Below, piece by piece: positions 25,324 through 39,453 of a stretch of DNA of 64,000 bases. How positions within the stretch are numbered: position 1 is the stretch's first letter; every line of letters begins with the position of its first letter. The position numbers and the translations under genes are program-made. The notes under the pieces are model-generated. The model had not been told where the DNA came from. It made no database searches and was given only the letters and a program-made list of their open reading frames with translations. The DNA is from Larinioides sclopetarius (taxonomy: Eukaryota): the NCBI GenBank assembly GCA_964023285.1, contig CAXIEN010000102.1:2935528-2999527 (forward strand). The letters run 5' to 3'.

Positions 25324-26975
25324 CTTTAGATAAATCAAGTGAAAAAAATTAATCTACAATTGGAATAGTATTGAATGTAATAGGAACATTGTTCAAAAAG
25401 TGCCATCAATAAACCAGGTGAAAAAAATAATTAATCTACACCTAAAATAATATTCAGTGTGATAGGAACATTGTTCAAAAAGTGCTACCATTATGACAAA
25501 AAACATTTTGAAGTTTGTTGAGGATATTTCTCTTCTTATGGCATAATTGTTTTTTTTTTCATTAATAGTAGCAAATTTTAGGTAGATATGGTAAAATGAA
25601 AGCACAGCATATAAAATATACCAAAGATCAAATTCAATTTAAATGACAGTAGCATGCCGTCTTCAGTATTTTGCACAGAAAATTAAAAATGTTTCATGTT
25701 GGTACAGCATGAATTGTAGCCATATTTTTTTTTTATCTTTTTGAAAATATATTTTCATATAAATATTCGTTTAATTGTACTAAACTTGATAAAATATTTC
25801 AGAGGATTATTAATCATAATATACAGAAATTCTGTATTCTACTACATAGAAAAATACTCTATTTTGCTTTGAAGTTTTTACTCTTCAGTTGGGAAAGTAC
25901 CGATACATTATTCAGATTTGAACTTGCAGACAAGTTTGAAAAAAATTCATGGATGGGACTTTCTGTAGCAGCTATGTAGTCACAAAACAAGCAGTAACAG
26001 AATGCTCTAACCTTGTGTGATAAGAATCATGCCATTTTAAGGGAATTTCTACAACCTTTTCTCAATTACAGCCTTAGAAGGGGGAAAAAAAACCAGTACT
26101 GGAACGCCATTCCGGCTCAACTACATCTTTATGCTACAGAAATACTGGCAAAGTTAAGATCTGCTGAACAAATTCATATTTCTAAATTTACGTAACTATT
26201 TGACAATCTGATTACAAACAACTAAATTGCTAATATATTTGTTAAAATGGGTTAATTCCATCAGAAAAAAAGCAACAGAACAATTTACACATAAAAATAA
26301 CTTTGGCAAAGAGTTCAAGGACAATATTCTATTCAGAGAAATTTATATAAACATGACACAGGTCTGGTACAAAAATACAAAAAGGATTTCAAATAATAAT
26401 GATACTGTAAAATTATATGAAATAAAATCTAATTCCCAAAAAGTGGAAATCCACACTTAAGGAGAAATGGGTTATCTCTGTTTATGACTAATTGAATAGT
26501 ATTAAGAAAGTAGAAGGGGAAAATAAAAACACCCAATAAAGGGCTGATACACACAAGGCTAACATTTATTTTATTAATTAAATAGCTAGTATCAATTCAT
26601 TTCTTCTCCACAAATAATTAAAAAAATAATAGCATGAAAATATATAATTATCAAGTGTCAAATATAAAAAAAATGGAATTTTCCCCTGTTCAAATTAAAT
26701 TATTCCTTAAATTTTGCCATTTAAGAAATATTTTCACAGAATAGAAGTTGGATCATTTTCAGGTTAAAATTCAACTTAATTCATTTATCAAACCTACCAC
26801 AGCAAGCGTCAACCTTAATTGCCTATATCTTTTCCAAAAGAATTGCAAAATCTCTCACTTAAATATTAAAAACTTTATTCCAAAGAAGGAAAATATTAAA
26901 AGAAAGCACACCGTAAATATTTAGCATCAGAATGTTTTTTTGTGATGCTTTGAAAAAAAAAAAATAATGGCATAC

Positions 26976-27173
26976 CAATTATAAGACAATTGCAGGGAAA
27001 GTCGAGCATGGTCAGCAGTCTCAACTGTGATGATATCTGTACAAAAATCAGGCCCCAGAAGTAAACACAGGGTTTTAATAACATTGGGTCTCTTTGGTTT
27101 GTCACCAGATAAGCTGAGTTGAGTAAATTGTTCGTCAGGAGCTAACATTACAAGATCTGGTCCAAATATAACC
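26976..27173 (-). CDS. MVP: MVP coding exon 9 ((R)[65 protein letters not shown]+TG).
   Basis: Acceptor tttcaatag, donor GTATGC. Aligns to [67 protein letters not shown]. Confidence 0.85.
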
Positions 27174-27759
27174 CTATTGAAAGGAAAAATAAATATGCAT
27201 GCATGACAAACCATATTTAAAAAGAAAATATAAAACCCAAATGTAATCCAAAGGGAATTGAGTCAGATATTTTTTAATTGAATCTTAGTAATTTCTAAAA
27301 ATGATTTTCCTATGATGAAAAGAGAATTTTTACAATTTCATCAATTATCTTCATTAGAAATTCAATTAAAACGATTCAATGCAAGTCAAGTTATATTTCA
27401 AAAAAGGATTAACCCCTGAACTGCCACAGGCATCTGCAATTAGTTGCGAGCCACTTCTTTTAAATGTAACAAATTTACTACGACCAGGGTTTCACCCAGA
27501 GCATGAGAATATCTTACCATATTAGAGGAGGATATCATTGTAAGTATAATAATAAAGGAATCAAAGGCAAAGAATCAGGTGGCATTGGAGAGTGAATTAT
27601 GCAAGATTTCATTAGCAGTAAAAAATTACTATTCAAAATGCTGGTGAATCAGATATTCTCTTTCAAATTGACAAAATTGCTAATATATGTTTGAATTTGC
27701 AAGTAAAGTTAAGCATACGAATATATGTTGAGTTGATAAGTCAATAACTCAATATTTAC

Positions 27760-28025
27760 CTAGATTTCTTTTGCTTATAATCATATATCTGCACAGCAGC
27801 ATTGTGCGGAACTCTCAGAGTAATTGCTTTAGCACCATCTTCTTCTGTCCTAGTTTTCTGCTTTACTTGTGCAGAAGCCACACCTCTAGCCATTCTCCAA
27901 GAACCTCGATCACTTAAAGGATCATGGCCCTGATTTAAAAGCTCTTCTACTGCTTGTGGGAGTTCTTTAACCCACAATTCTTCATCTTGATTAAGCATAT
28001 ATGTAGTACCAGATATAAGCCGGAT
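27760..28025 (-). CDS. MVP: MVP coding exon 8 ([41 protein letters not shown]...[21 protein letters not shown]+AG).
   Basis: Acceptor ttttgatag, donor GTAAAT. Aligns to [41 protein letters not shown]...[18 protein letters not shown]. Confidence 0.85.
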
Positions 28026-28525
28026 CTATCAAAAGGATACTGAAGATACATTTAAACTGTTTGCGAAAAGAAAAAAAAAGCATTTGTATTTATGATTGAA
28101 AATCTGCATTGATCTTATAATTTATCTTTTTATTCTCTGAAGCGTATATGTGTGTGGACAATAATTTTTTTTATCTTTTCTGTAGAAAGATAAACTTATC
28201 CAGAATTCTGAATTGGAATTATTAAACTCACACAATGACATGTCACTTGATCAAAGAAGGCTTTTCTTGAAATCAAATTTTAATTTCAGCAGTGAGTAAT
28301 ACATATGAGGAAGATCATATGCTACAAAAATAAAGAATTTATTTGAAAATGGAAATACTGGAAGAATTGCATTTATTTCATACATTTAAATTTATTTCAT
28401 ATATTAACAAGAGCAAAATATACAAAGCAACTTTTAAAAATATAATAGACAGAAAGAAACAGTTACACTTCAGAAAAACAGCAACACTTTAGAGAACGAG
28501 AATTGAATAGCATTGAACTACTTAC

Positions 28526-28675
28526 GTGACCAGATTTAATATTTCTCACATATATCCCTTCATTATCATCTAAAGCGATAGCATATCGTTTGGTAACTAT
28601 TTCCACTTCAGTAGGTGGAATATATTCAGTAGGTCCTTTGATCATCCAGCGATCTCCAGGATTACGAGTAACAGG
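28526..28675 (-). CDS. MVP: MVP coding exon 7 ([50 protein letters not shown]).
   Basis: Acceptor tctctag, donor GTAAGT. Aligns to [49 protein letters not shown]. Confidence 0.85.
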
Positions 28676-31069
28676 CTAGAGAAATAATTAATAATCAGAA
28701 AATCTTCAATAAAATAAGAATTTTGTTGCAATTAAATGAATAAATTCTTTATATATAAAATAGCTCTAGAGAAACATGTTCATATTAACTATTAAAAAAT
28801 ATCACTATTTTTTATTACAGACTGTAATAATTTACAAGATAGTCTTTTTCAAAAAAATTTCATGCGAATTGCAAAGATTTTAGAAATATAAAATTTGTAA
28901 AAGGCTACCTTATTACTACAAAGGGCTGAAAGTATATTACCATGATTTGATTTTAAATTTAACCCTTTCGGACGCCGCCCCTTCAATGAAGACCTTCCCA
29001 CAGGATGGAACAGAGGAGAAAAGAACTGTCCCGCAGGCTGGGTGTTTTACGTAGCTAAGCCTAACTTCAGAAAAAAAAATCACACACAAAAAAAGTTTAA
29101 GTCCTAATGCTGTAATTTTTGGTACCATTTTATATTATTACATAATCTGTAATTTCCGTTAAAATAAGCATTGAATACTTATTTTTTTGATTTTATATGA
29201 AAACAAAAAAATGTGCAATACTTGGAGAAATAATTTTCGGGAGCAAGTAATTTCAAAAGGCAAAACACATAAATAAACATTTAGATTAATAAAAAAATAC
29301 AGCAAAACCCATTTACAAAAAAAAAAAAAAAGGAAATTAAAACCGAGTGCAGTCAACCTAGTAACAGCGTGAAACATAAATCCCTACATTGCATGAAATG
29401 CACAAGCATAAAACGTTTATTTTATTTTCAGAAAATAATGTATCACTCTCAATCATGTAACTAATTGGTTCATTTATTATACAAGTATATTTTTCCTGAT
29501 AATTATCGCTTTGCCGCCATAATAAATCCGAGTCAAGGCTTTCCGGAAAAAAGAAAAGTACACAATATACATAACAAAAGCAAAGAAATGTGTAACTGCA
29601 CTGACAGTAGAACCTAGAAGTATACCGAGAGATAGAGAAATGCGAAACATGTACTGAGTGAAACATTCAAACCCCTCTGTTTACATTATGTTTACCCCCC
29701 CCCCTTTCCAGCAACAGCTGATGAGAACATCCCAAATATAGGCAGAATATGAAAGGACTGAAGGTCAGATTCCGATAATTATGTTTAGTTCAAAATAAAT
29801 GGACACAGGGAGCCAACTAGTGGTCTTTTAAAATTGTTCCAGCTAAAAATGTATATATGCATCGCACGGCTTCAGATACAAGATAGCTAATGATGCATAT
29901 GTGCATCATCCGTCTCCAAAAGGTTAAACAGCTAATATAGGGATAAAAGGTTGTTGCTTTGCTACCAAAAATCTTGGTTTTGGAAATTGATGATTTATTT
30001 TCTTAATAATTGATAGAAAAATTAATGTTAATTTAAATTTTTTTTTAAAGTAATACATATAATTATTTCCTATTACTACCAGAAACACAACTTTATTGCA
30101 AGAGGGAGTGGCGATTTCAAAAGAATCAACATCATTCCTGTGGGCTGATGAGTGGAGCGCACAGAAGGTGCAATTAAATATATAAATATAATTTATTTTT
30201 AGAATCATTTTTTAACTAATTATTTTTCTTTTATTTTTGCAACTCTTATTGATCTATTTTTATGCACTTTCAGGATTTCCTTTGACATTTTAATTTATAT
30301 TCACATACAATAACTGTAAGACATACAATGTCTTCATTGTAGCTATGGGGGCACAGGCCTTATGCTTTTATGTAAAAAAATAGGGGTGGCCAAGGCCATG
30401 TTTTTTAACTTGGCAACAGTGCAATTAATATAAGCAATATAACTCTTTTTTTGCACAACACTTAAATATTTAAAATACCCTTCTCTCACTTATCCAACTT
30501 TATAAATGAAATGTATTTATGTGGGAGAAAGCAGGATTTGCTGAAACGATGGAAACAGAGGAGAAAAAGTGGTTCAAAATTGCCTAACCTTGAGATACCT
30601 ATTTTAAATACACAGATTATAGTATGTATTAAAATATATTATTGTATATTAAATTGTGCAATTTGAATGCTTTGGCACAGCATTCAGATTGCACAATTTC
30701 AGTAAAAAGAACGAATATAAAAAAAACTCCCATTTACTTGTCATTTAAATCTGGATCTAACACAATCGCATACACGAGTAGAAAAATTTGATAGCATTTC
30801 AAATTACTGTTTAATTGAAATTCATTATTTAAATCACCAAAAATCGCCATTTATAAAAAATCTTGACTCAAGGAACAAAACTCTTAAATATTGTACCACA
30901 TATTTTCTTGGTAAATTAAATGGAAAAAAAAATCCCAGTCAGCAGGGGCAGAAGGCAAAGGTAGATTTCATACAATTGAAGATATTAAGAAAGGAACATA
31001 ACATGCTGAATTTTCATTATTATTGGAACTACAAGAATTAAAAAAGATGCAAGAGACTGCAAATAAAAA

Positions 31070-31880
31070 GAGCTTTGAAACAAGGTGCTACATTCATAGG
31101 TTGAAATATAATTTTAATTTGAGAAAGGGAAGGAAACTACAATACAGCTCAAACTTCTAAACAATTGCAATTGTTGAGAAATTTTTAAAGGAAAAGTGGT
31201 AGTTGTGATAAGATGCTAATTCGCCTGATTTGAAATTTCTTTCTATTTTTAGCTGTAAAGGAATTATGAAAAAAAAAATGAGAACTTTCACACCCCCCTT
31301 TTTCTCCTATTTTCATTCCATTTGAGCTAAATAGACCATCTATGAACTCGACCAAGATTTTTACTATCCTTGCAACAATTTCTTGCAGTCTGCAATCTAT
31401 TCAAAGTAACTCAAACTATCATGTTCTCAAGATAACAGGAGCAAAGTTTTAAGCCTGTCGATATAAGAAAATGAACATTTCACCCTCTAATCTCTAACTG
31501 ATTAGAAATGCAAGAATGAAAATGGGTAGAAGTAGTTTTAAATGACATGGGTAGAAGTAGTTTTTTGGTAGTTGCAAATGACAAGAGCTTTCCAATGAGG
31601 GGTAACATGTATAGGTTGAAAGGCAATTTAAGCTATGGGGAAGGGTGGGAAAATTACTTTTTAGCGCATAACTTTTAAACAATTGCAGCTATCAAAAAGT
31701 TTAAATACAAAAGTTGTTTGTTATGCTAAGACGCTAATTCGCTTAATTGGAATTTTCTTTCTATTTTCAATTGTAAAGGAATTATTGGAAATTTAAAATT
31801 TTCACCCTCTACCATTTCCACCCCCTTTGAGCTGGATAGCCCATCTACGAACTGGACCGAGATTTTTACTGTCTTTACCT
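31070..31880. repeat. Tandem duplication, 2 units of ~515 bp.
   Basis: 31070..31380 matches 31586..31880 (AGCTTT..ATAGGTTGAAA..AAACAATTGCA..GCTAATTCGC..TTTCTTTCTATTTT..TGTAAAGGAATTAT..TTGAGCT..ATAG.CCATCTA.GAACT.GACC.AGATTTTTACT). Confidence 0.65.
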
Positions 31881-32991
31881 CATCTCCAAATTTAAATGAA
31901 AATTACTTCAGTTATCGTGTTCACAAAAATAACATGGAAAACAGCGTTATAAATATATATATGTATAAACTTTTTAACGGAGGGTGGTTTGGGGCTCTAG
32001 GGGTCATGATCGGTAAAGATATGCAAAATTTTTCTGGAAGTCGCGTCATGAGAACCTTTGCAATAGGTAGATTTTTCCTATAAGGAATCTACCTAAAAGA
32101 AAAGAAAAAAAAAAGGAAAATAGACTGCAAATCCCTATTTTGAAATGATAATGAAAACTTCAGACCTAATACAGTCTTGGAACAAAAAGAAAAAAAAAAA
32201 GAAGAGTTAACTTGAAAATTAATAAATCGTACTAATCAAATACCGAAAAGTTAAATGGTCACGATTAAGTGAACAATAAAATAAATGATACAAGTATTTG
32301 AGATATATTAAAATATTAAAGAATAATTATATTAAAGAAAATAAAGAATAAAATCTGATGTCAAGAATGCAGAAATGTCTCATGACTGAAACTACTGCTT
32401 CTCAAAACCTACTAGGTTATTATGCAAAAAAGTGTATTTACATTAGAAGAATATTCAAAGGTATGAATTCAAGGGATCCTACAGAAAACTGCTCAGCTGA
32501 TGGCAGTTATAAAGGTATTTAACTTTCTTTACCTTTTAAGGTATTAACTGCTATTCAGGTTATAAAATATCAACAATTTTAAAAATATAATTATGGAGCA
32601 CCATGAAAAAACAGAATTCAGATTAAATGAAAAATTTAGCAAACTGACCTTAGAATATTCTTAGAAATTCAGAAAGTTGTATTTTGTAGCCTTCTAATTT
32701 AAGTAGAAAAATAATCGTATTTTTTCATAGCTCATTTATCTTTACTTTGACATCTTTGAAATTTCACGAAAATGTTCATAAAATGATAACTTGAATCACC
32801 TATGGGTCAATAGACAAGTTGGAAATATGCAAGATTTTAAATCGGAAATCAGAATCCAATTTGGGTATATATCCATTTCCTTTGGGCTCAATTACAATAA
32901 ATATAAATAAAAGGGATATAGTATCAAGTATGATTTCAAACACAGTCAAATTTAGAAAGTACTGACTTTACTAGTATCACAATATACTTAC

Positions 32992-33123
32992 AGGAGTTTC
33001 ACTAGTATCTTGGTATTGCTCTCTTGCTTTTAGAATGAGGCCTTCATTTTCACTTAAAACATATATATCCTGGATTCCTGCCTCTAGCTTTTCACCAGGT
33101 TGTAAGAAAAATGACTTCTCACC
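32992..33123 (-). CDS. MVP: MVP coding exon 6 ([44 protein letters not shown]).
   Basis: Acceptor ttaattag, perfect donor GTAAGT. Aligns to [45 protein letters not shown]. Confidence 0.85.
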
Positions 33124-36100
33124 CTAATTATAAAATAATAGATAAAATATAATTTTACAGTGATAAAATTAAGGAAGACACTCAAACAATCTACAGCTAA
33201 ACCATTAAGAAATAATTCATGAGATTTAACTAAAAATATGTATTCTTTTTCATTATGTACAAAAAAAATTACACTGTTTTCACATACACTAGTATCTAAA
33301 TGCATGAATTTAAATTTATCAAATTAAATCTTTGAACAGGAACAGTTGAATATCCTGAATACTCATGTATATACATGATTTAAATTTCATTTCAGCGGTA
33401 ACTATTCAAAAATTTCAAGTATAATAAATTTCAATTTCTACATCATTCTTCATCTTTAAGCCTATATATTAGAATGTATTGAAATTAAACAAGTTGTAAT
33501 CTCTAAACCTTAATTCGATGAAGATTTTTATAGGAGTTGCCCTACACATCTTGTTTTCATGTAACGCAAAAAAAAATGTGTCACATAGGAGCAATAAAAA
33601 AAAATTACAACTATTTATATTTTCTCTAAAATTAAAAAAAAAAAATTAAAAATGCTGCCCTAATATATTGCTATTTTTTCTATGTGTTTTGTATAATATA
33701 ATAGAAAATTCTGCAGGGCAAGGGAGAAAACAAACATTGGGAGTTTTTAAGAAAACCTTTATATTTTATCTAAAATTTGTTCACAAAAACTCATGTAATT
33801 GTTATGCACATCAAATACAGCTACTGCTGAAAGTTTCATCTTGATACTAGGGGGGGGGGGCTAAAATAATTTATACCTTTATTAATTTGTGTGTTTTTTC
33901 TTTTAATTATTTATTGGAATCATTCTAGTTTAATACCTTTTCAATCTACCAAGGTGCAACCTCCATCAAATAGTCATTTTTATGCAATACAAATTATTGA
34001 ATTTAACACAAAGTAAGATCATATTTAATATACTTAAATCTAAACATTTAACAAAAAAACTTTTTTGACAAAGCAGCAAATTAATATAAAAAGTTTTAAT
34101 ATATCTGTTGTAACCCAGGAGGAATAGACATATGATAACATTTATAGGCAGTCAGAAACCAAATGCCATTATTTTTTCAGCTCGATTCGATTGTTCACAT
34201 AAATACACTTTAGAGAATATTAGATTATGCAATTAAGTAACGAACTAATTGTCATAAACAAAATGATAATAAAATACATTGTTACCAATTAATTTGTCAA
34301 GTAAGAAGTACTGCTAAATTTTTTCAGCAATTTTCTTTACTAAATTTTTATGACCACTATCCCAACATTAACTGGGCCCTACTTTTCTCTTTTACTGTCA
34401 CAGCAATGTTAACTTATTGAAATCATTTGCTTTCACCTTCTATTTTGTTTTTAATCGCATCTCCCCCTTCAAATTTGTAATTTCCATCACATCTTCATGT
34501 TGTTTTATCGTGTCACATCAAGATTTTCCTTTCTTTTTTTTCTGATTTTTCTAAGGACGTTGCCAGTTGATTTAACAATAGAAACCTGCGGAGCAATCCG
34601 TCTTTAGACTTTTGCCGCTATTCTGTGTTTCTATTGGATTATTTGCTGTTTTTTTCATTACTAAAAAATTGTTTGGTTTTCTTGTGAATATTTGTTTATA
34701 TGATTGATCTTGTTTTGTTTATGTTTGTGATGTCATAGTGGGCGTGTACATTCTTATGATGTCATGACAAATCAGGTTTTAACACATACGCTTTAAGTTT
34801 GGTGGTAAGATACCATGTAGTAGGTTACTTTGCTAAGATGTTAGTATGTTGCTTTAGATTGGTAATGTAAAATGTGGGAGAGAATAGTGGTATTTATTTT
34901 TATCATTTTAAGCTTATTTCTAGAATAAAATAAAGTTTGTTTTTATAGAAGAATGGAGTTGTTCATTTGCAACATATAGTATCCATGGTTAAACCTAACA
35001 TGTTATGCCAACAGTTTTAGTGCAAGATGAATCTTGAATATAGGAATATATATATTTTGTTTATGAAAAACAAAATATACCATAACATGTAGAACAGTCC
35101 CCGAATTGCCCTCATAACACAATCCTTGCTGTAAAATGTGAGCTCTTAACACCTAGCATGTCCCATGATTTTTAGCAACCGATTTTGAACCATCATATTC
35201 AAAACTTCAATTTCATAGCAAATTCTGCATTCAGCAAAATGATATTATATCAAATTTCAGTCAAAGCAATTAATAACTTAAAAATTCTTCATTAGATAAC
35301 ACTGCATTAAATAACAATGGTTAATTGTGAGTTTTTCCTATTGAACTCTGAATGCACTATTTGTTACAGATTGCAATTAAAGGCCAAAAACATGCCTGAA
35401 TTCCTTAGCCATCAAAAGCAAAATGTAAGAAACTAAAATATTCAGTCCATGCAAGGAAAAAGTAGTTAAAAACAAAAAGAATATGCAATCTAATAAATCC
35501 TTCCTCACAGAATACAACACCGTCTTTTACCCCAGGACCTGTAGCCAGCCTGGTCACAGAATGGTTTGATGGGCAAGACACGGGAATTTTATTTCAGAAA
35601 AAAGAAAAACATTATAAATAAAAGAACAAACAAAGAAAAAGAAATATTTACACTATATACAATGCAGGCATTTGCAGTTGCACTCTTATAGTTCGTAAAA
35701 GTTTTTTTCATTTGTTAATGTTAAATCTTCCTTTCTATTTGAAGATAAGGGAAAGACTTATCATCTGGAGCTTTTTCTGGGGGGGGGGGGGAGCAGATTG
35801 CCGACAATTTGTAAACTAGGGTGGTTGGAAGAGGTCTCCATTTTCGCTAATGAATTTGATGTTACTACCAATTTTATGCCTGGAAATGATGTTATGGGCA
35901 ACTCTTTTAAGCCATTCATGTTTAAAGTTTGGTGTTGGCTTCCTCATATACTAAGACAGCACAACTGATACAAAAGTTAAAAAAATTAAGCACGGAGTTC
36001 TGTTGTAAAAATAAAAACACCTGAATCATCATTCAATTTTACTAACCTGAATGATGATTTACATGGAAATACAATTTATGTTACAAATTCAGATACTTGA

Positions 36101-37421
36101 ATATCAGCATAAGTACATGCAAGAATTAATTAAAATAGCATTCTCCTTTGTTGATTTGAATCTGTAATTTCAATAAAAACTGAAGTACAGAGAACAAAAC
36201 TTTAGCAGATGGTCTATTGCATCTAATCGTATTGAGAAAAAAAAAATGATTTTCTTTTTAAGGATTTCTTGAGCTGTCAGTAGACATACTGCAGATTCTA
36301 TATCAAGACAATATAAATTGAATGTAAATAATGGAATACAGAAAGGATGATAAAAAATCTACCTATCAACTTGATGTCAATTTATTAAAAAAATACAAAG
36401 TAGCAGCATTATAATATTAAAAGGCTAACTAGTTTCAGCAACCAGATAGTTCCCCAGGCATATAATTTCAAATGAATCTTTAGTGCATTATCCAATATTT
36501 TGGAGACACTCAGATAATCTAACCTCTAAATCAAGTAATTTGATCTTTTAACAGACTTGCATTATTTTGTTCGTTGTCTATATCAGCATTCTTAAAAAAG
36601 AACAATAAGAATCAATGTTATTTAATATCTAATAGCATGTTGCAAGTGGCAACTTCATTTCATATTCCTCATGCAAAATAAGCATTCGATTTCAATATTA
36701 AATAGTACAGCATATTTTAATCCAGCAGCATGTTAGTTGAACTTAAGCATGCTAAGAAAAAGAGTTAAAACACAGCAACCCTAATCATTCAGCGTTCTGG
36801 ATATTTCCCAATATACTTACCATCTTAGAAGTCTTCAAATAAAGACAGATAAAGTAAAATCCATTAGGGAAACTACCTTAGCTTTAAACAACAGAAGAGA
36901 AACACTGAATGAAATATTTGTTTAAAGAATGACAGCTGTTTCAATTTCATTGCAACCATGAAAAATATTGTAAATTATGCTTACTAATTTTTAAAAAAAT
37001 ATTCAAATGAGTAAAAAATTGTATGAAACTTAACTGATTTCAGTGAATTTTTTTTTTGACATTCACTATAGTTAAAAATTTTTTATTTTTTAATATTTTT
37101 AAAATATCAAAAAACACTAAAATTCCAAGTTTTATTTAAAATTAAAATGGCTCTAAGGTGCATATTCCCACCATCCAAAGTAAGTTGTGGTCAAATTTCA
37201 GAAAAGCCCGCCCTGTACTGTGAAACATACATTTTCTTCTAATAGAGAGTTTGAAGTTAAAAAAAAAATTGAAATTCTATTATCCAACGTGCCATATTTA
37301 TTATTTTTTTTCTTCGAATTCCAAGTTTATGAAGTATAAAATTTTAGAATTTTAATTCTGATCTTACATAAAAACTGACCAGAACTTTTAAGAGCACAAC
37401 AGTAATGTGTAAACTTCTTAG

Positions 37422-37822
37422 GGTACAGCTGGGATATACGGCACCCAAGGCGCCTTGGCGAGATTTGGTTTCATTGGCGACTTTTCGCGTTTGCGTCTAT
37501 CGCGCGTTTTGAAACGCAATCCGCCATTTTGAAGATCGAGCTTTCCATTTCTGGGCAATAAAAAAACTAATTGCCTAACAGTTAATGTAAAAGCGAAGCT
37601 ACGAGGGAGCTGCTTTCCCGAAAGCGAAGCCGCCGATGTTTTTTTAAGTAAAAAAAATTGCCCGGAACGCGTAGAACATAATGTTTACTTCAAGAACTTT
37701 TCTTCATAAGAAACTATACGTAACCGCCATCTTGAATAACGATTATAACTCGCCAGCCGCCATGTTTATTTACATTGAAACGTCACCAAATCGTCGTGGG
37801 TGCCGTATATCCCAGCTGTTCC
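37422..37822. mobile_element. MITE-like non-autonomous DNA transposon (401 bp), with ~25-bp terminal inverted repeats GGTACAGCTGGGATATACGGCACCCAA and a perfect 8-bp target-site duplication CTTCTTAG. Sits in MVP intron 5.
   Basis: The termini are reverse complements of each other. Identical 8-mers flank the element at 37414..37421 and 37823..37830. A second copy lies at 52830..53204. Confidence 0.8.
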
Positions 37823-38228
37823 CTTCTTAGAGTAACAAAGAAGTTTGAAAAGATTTTCGTATTTTAATTTATTTTTAAAATTAGGCATGAAACAGCTCTT
37901 TGTAGATTGAGTTAAGAGAAAAATATTTTGTAGTAATTCAAAATTCTCTTCATTCTAAGCTTTATATGCATTTTAAATAAAACTCATAATACTCTAAAAA
38001 ATTTTAAAGAATTTTAAAAATTTGCACCAAAATTGTAAAAAAAAAGGATAAAGTTGCTTAATATACATTCAAAATAAATTTCAGACACCAAGTTACAATG
38101 CTGAAACTAAAATGTACTGAGAATCAATTTTTTTCTCACACTTCTAATATTACTACAACTCTTATTTTTTAATACATAATTTATCCCAGAAATATTTAAA
38201 CATTTTAAATAAACTTTTAACTACAAAC

Positions 38229-38465
38229 CTTGATTAACTTCTTCCTTCCAAGCTGAGGTTTACCATCGTCTCCCACAGGGTCCAGAATAACACAATATTG
38301 ACGATTTGAAAGCGTGGTAATTTTTATGATTCCTAAAACATCTTCATAAACACCTGGAATGTAAGTTTCTGTATCATTTAGGGTTATTAACCATTCTTCT
38401 CCATTTTTTCTGGTTTTACTAAATTCGTCTACAAATGTTTTCTTTGCTTTGACATGAACAGCTTC
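38229..38465 (-). CDS. MVP: MVP coding exon 5 ([79 protein letters not shown]).
   Basis: Acceptor tctctttatag, donor GTTTGT. 79 codons, phase 0 at both ends. Aligns to ..[60 protein letters not shown]. Confidence 0.85.
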
Positions 38466-39226
38466 CTATAAAGAGAAATAAACTGTCACTAATATATCAA
38501 TTGAACAATTCTAATTAAGGCGTTTATTCGGATCGCCTTTTCAATCAAAGGGGGTAGGGAATTACTAACTATTTCATAATACATTTTGACATTAAAAACA
38601 TTCCTAGAACTGTGAATTTAAAGATCCAAATACATATACTGTTATGTCGAGTACTATCATCATTAGCATTTATATCTGTTTCATGTTATGAACTATATGC
38701 TTTGAATTAATTTAAAGCATGGATTTCAAGAAAAATCTATTAAATTTTTTAAAACACAGAGATAAATTATGAAATAAAAATTTCAAAAAACATTTGCAGA
38801 GTTGGTAGAAAATAATTTTAAAAAGTTTTGATGCATTCATATAAAAATATATTTAAAATGTAGCAAAATATCAATAAAAAGGTTTAAAGATTAATGATAT
38901 GCAACATTTAAATATTTTAACCAAGTATTAATACAAAAATAGAAAGTAATTAGTTAAGAATGAAAACAAATACATTTGCTGATAAAGGCAAAAGAAATTC
39001 AGTGAATGAGAGTGTAATAAACAAGACAAAGTAGAATTAAACTTATTTCCACAAGTAATGTTCAGTGCTTTCGATATTTAAATGGCAATGCACATTTTAA
39101 ATAGGCAGATAAATAATATGATGCATCATTAAAATAAATAATATTATTACTCAATATCACAAATGATATTTTTATTTAAAAAATGCATATGCTTTGAAGG
39201 GAAAACATTAAGTTCCAAAAAATTAC

Positions 39227-39453
39227 TTTTTCAGTTAAAACATGAGCATTGACAACATCAACTATTTCTTCATAAGCTCCAGGTAAGTAAGCTCCACTTT
39301 TCTTGACTATCCACTCTTCTCCAGTTACTCTCTCTTTTCCATCTCTGTCTTTGGTTTCAGCTTTAGCCCGTAATCTGAGAGCTTGATTGAGATTAATCAC
39401 AGTAGCAAAAATAGTTTCCAAAACTTCAACTTCTTTGCGAGGGATAAATGTGG
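39227..39453 (-). CDS. MVP: MVP coding exon 4 (..[76 protein letters not shown]).
   Basis: Acceptor ttttccag, donor GTAATT. Aligns to [75 protein letters not shown]. Confidence 0.85.

Noticed and set aside
35500-35600. GC-richer patch (CCCAGGACCTGTAGCCAGCCTGGTCACAGAATGG) between MVP exons 5 and 6, considered as a missed exon.
   Set aside because: No open frame matches MVP. The MVP alignment is contiguous across the exon 5 to exon 6 junction, so no exon is missing. It is probably a repeat fragment.
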